This document shows, one piece after another, positions 47,085-48,726 of a DNA stretch of 48,726 nucleotides. The notes under the pieces were generated by a model, which was not told the DNA's origin, ran no database searches, and saw only the letters and a list, made by a program, of their open reading frames with translations. Positions within the stretch are counted from its first letter, which is position 1, and each line of letters begins with the position of its first letter. The position numbers were made by a program, and so were the translations under genes. The DNA comes from Guillardia theta CCMP2712 (Eukaryota; Protista; Cryptophyta). Location: assembly GCF_000315625.1 (NCBI RefSeq), contig NW_005434599.1, positions 254,424-303,149 of the forward strand, written 5' to 3'.

Positions 47085-48726
47085 GGATTTACTGGCAGAA
47101 GATAAAAAGTGCCTCAAGCAAAACAAAGCAGGAACAAGCTGAACCGGCAGGTACACAGTCCACAGCGAGAAGCTGCACAATCACACACAAAACACAAGCC
47201 CGAAAACAACCAGCACTGCTGGCACCCAGACGCGGCAGCGCCAGCCCAAGCGCGAAGCCGCGCAGACAAGCAGCCTAAGGGTCAAGCAATCAAGCAACAA
47301 GCAGCAGGAGCATGCAGGAGGAATAAAATCCCTTACACGCGATACCCGGAGGCAGCCGACTGACCACTGTCAGTCGAGACGTCCGCTGCCGCCACAAAGC
47401 GGGCGGCCGCGGACGGAGAAAGGGCAGCCGCCGACAAGGAGCCGGCGTTGCCCGGGGGTCCGCCTGGGGCAGCGGACGGAGGGAGGCTGGACACATGAAC
47501 ACGGTACCGCTCGAGGTAGTCCTCCTCGCTAGCCTCCGAGTCAGCGGTAGCCAAGTCAGTGGTAGCCGCCCGTGACGGCGGCGACGCCGCGGCAATGCCC
47601 AAGGACCGGCGTGACCCGGCGACCGATGCCGGGGAGGAAGCAGGCGAGCTCGGACCAGCAGCAAGCACCCCAGTGGTGTCGAGCTCTCCGGAGGCACCCG
47701 ACGTCACAGTGAGGGACGGAGACGCTTCGCCAGCTCCGCGCCGATCGTCGGGGCCACTCGAAGGGTTTCCCCCATCGGAGTCGGAGACCTCCGGCGAAGA
47801 CTCCCCCTCGGGCGACTCGACAAAGTCCGAGGAGGAGCTGTCCTCTGGCTCGAGAAGTGCTTGCGCCCGCAAGGGCGTCATGCGCCTCGCACCAGACAAG
47901 AGCGCCTCCAGCGTCAGCTGCATGGTGAGGCGCTGATAGGTGGCGGCGCGTTTGCGAGCCAAGACCTCAGCAGCAGGGCCGTCATCAGGCACGAAGTGCC
48001 GACCAAACGCCGCATCCTCAAGAGGCATCGAGCGCTGAGCAATGATGTCCGCCAAATACCAGATGAAGCGGAGGGTGTCAGGATGCAGGGTACCGTCCGT
48101 CGAGATGGCAAGAGGGATGAACGCTCGAGGAGGAGTAGTCATGGCATATGCAGCGCGATGTTTGCGAATCTTCTCAGACGCTGCAACATGGAGGGCGTCG
48201 AGGTTGACCTCCCCCCACTTGGTCAGGTCGGCAGAGCTACCAATGTAAGGGTGGACCAACGTCACGTCCGCCATCAAGCCCTCGTACTGCTCGGACCCTC
48301 GATCGCGGATTCCAGGGATGTGGATATCGCCCTTCATCTTGCGGCCATGAGGATGGGAGGGTACCTGCCGTCGAGAACGAGGATCCCCCACTGTATCGAT
48401 GACGCTCTGAAGACCAGCTTCGTTCAGCATCGACCGAATCGTACGAGTAAGGTTGTCATGCGCCGTGGGAAGCTTGGAGGATCGGCGTTTGCAGGTCTGG
48501 AGATGATGTGCAGCAACGGAGGGATCGAGCTCGCGCTGACATCCATCACATTTCGTCGGACACTGGCAGATCGGCATGCCATGGAGATAGCAGTCGAGCA
48601 TCTGAGCATAGCGGTGCGGGAAGGCCTTGAGGGGGTAGTAGCTCGAGACTCGCATCGGAGAGTGGCTCAGTCTCGCTCAGGAAAATGAGCGAAGATGGTA
48701 GACTGCAGACCCTATCCTGCGACTTG
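47085..48726 (-). mobile_element. Most intact 3' portion of the CRE-like element: CCHC + RLE + acidic tail (ORF 47333..48655) and 3' UTR ending ...CAGTAAATCC
   Basis: C-x2-C...H-x3-C knuckle; (R/A)HD, KGD, DVT, EKIRKH and FIPLAISTDG match RLE motifs. Two 1-bp deletions upstream of 48655 relative to the 44.6-kb copy. Confidence 0.88.

Larger units (their letters stand above)
39560..48726. mobile_element. Nested, rearranged cluster of one CRE-like (RLE-type) non-LTR retrotransposon family
   Basis: Repeated near-identical fragments in both orientations encoding RT thumb, CCHC knuckle and RLE, with at least 9 copies of the 3' terminal region. Confidence 0.88.

Noticed and set aside
42630-47130. 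Recurrent repeat GCACTTTTTACCTTCTGCCAGTAAATCC as a CRISPR-like array or snRNA/spliced-leader gene
   Set aside because: Spacing is irregular, both orientations occur, 5' lengths vary, and it is contiguous with the retroelement 3' UTR. No U-snRNA or Sm-site match recognised.
47861-48688. 275-aa plus-strand ORF (and 43973..44752, 2435..3397, 22476..23504)
   Set aside because: Antisense shadows of GC-rich coding sequence with no motifs.
39560-48726. Telomere-repeat targeting as in MoTeR or Cnl1
   Set aside because: No TTAGGG or TTTAGGG tracts at any junction.

Overview
Gene-dense eukaryotic nuclear DNA with many short GT-AG introns, (CCT)n/(CCTCT)n/(GGCAGA)n microsatellites and two assembly gaps. 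The style resembles a cryptophyte such as Guillardia theta; this is inference only. Bases 1-39.1 kb hold about 20 spliced genes or fragments: NT-C2, TLDc, F-box, HLHHW membrane protein, Cys-repeat pseudogene, GSTCD-like methyltransferase, LYR, C2/FN3/SRCR receptor, PTP, ZnF-UBA-PUB, LRR, COA6 and DUSP. Two architectures are unusual: a mitochondrial-carrier (SLC25-like) region apparently spliced in frame to a HECT E3 ligase, and a tandem cNMP-binding + DH + PH protein. A local segmental duplication with reciprocal gene loss lies at 4.5-12.5 kb. From 39.5 kb to the end is a scrambled nest of a CRE-like non-LTR retrotransposon with a restriction-like endonuclease (RLE). It lacks a poly(A) tail and has repeatedly inserted very short 3' ends (26-62 bp, with target-site duplications, sometimes back to back) into its own copies. 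A 2.6-kb TIR element carrying an orphan ORF sits in the 3' UTR of one copy. Exon structures were deduced by eye, so gene boundaries are approximate.
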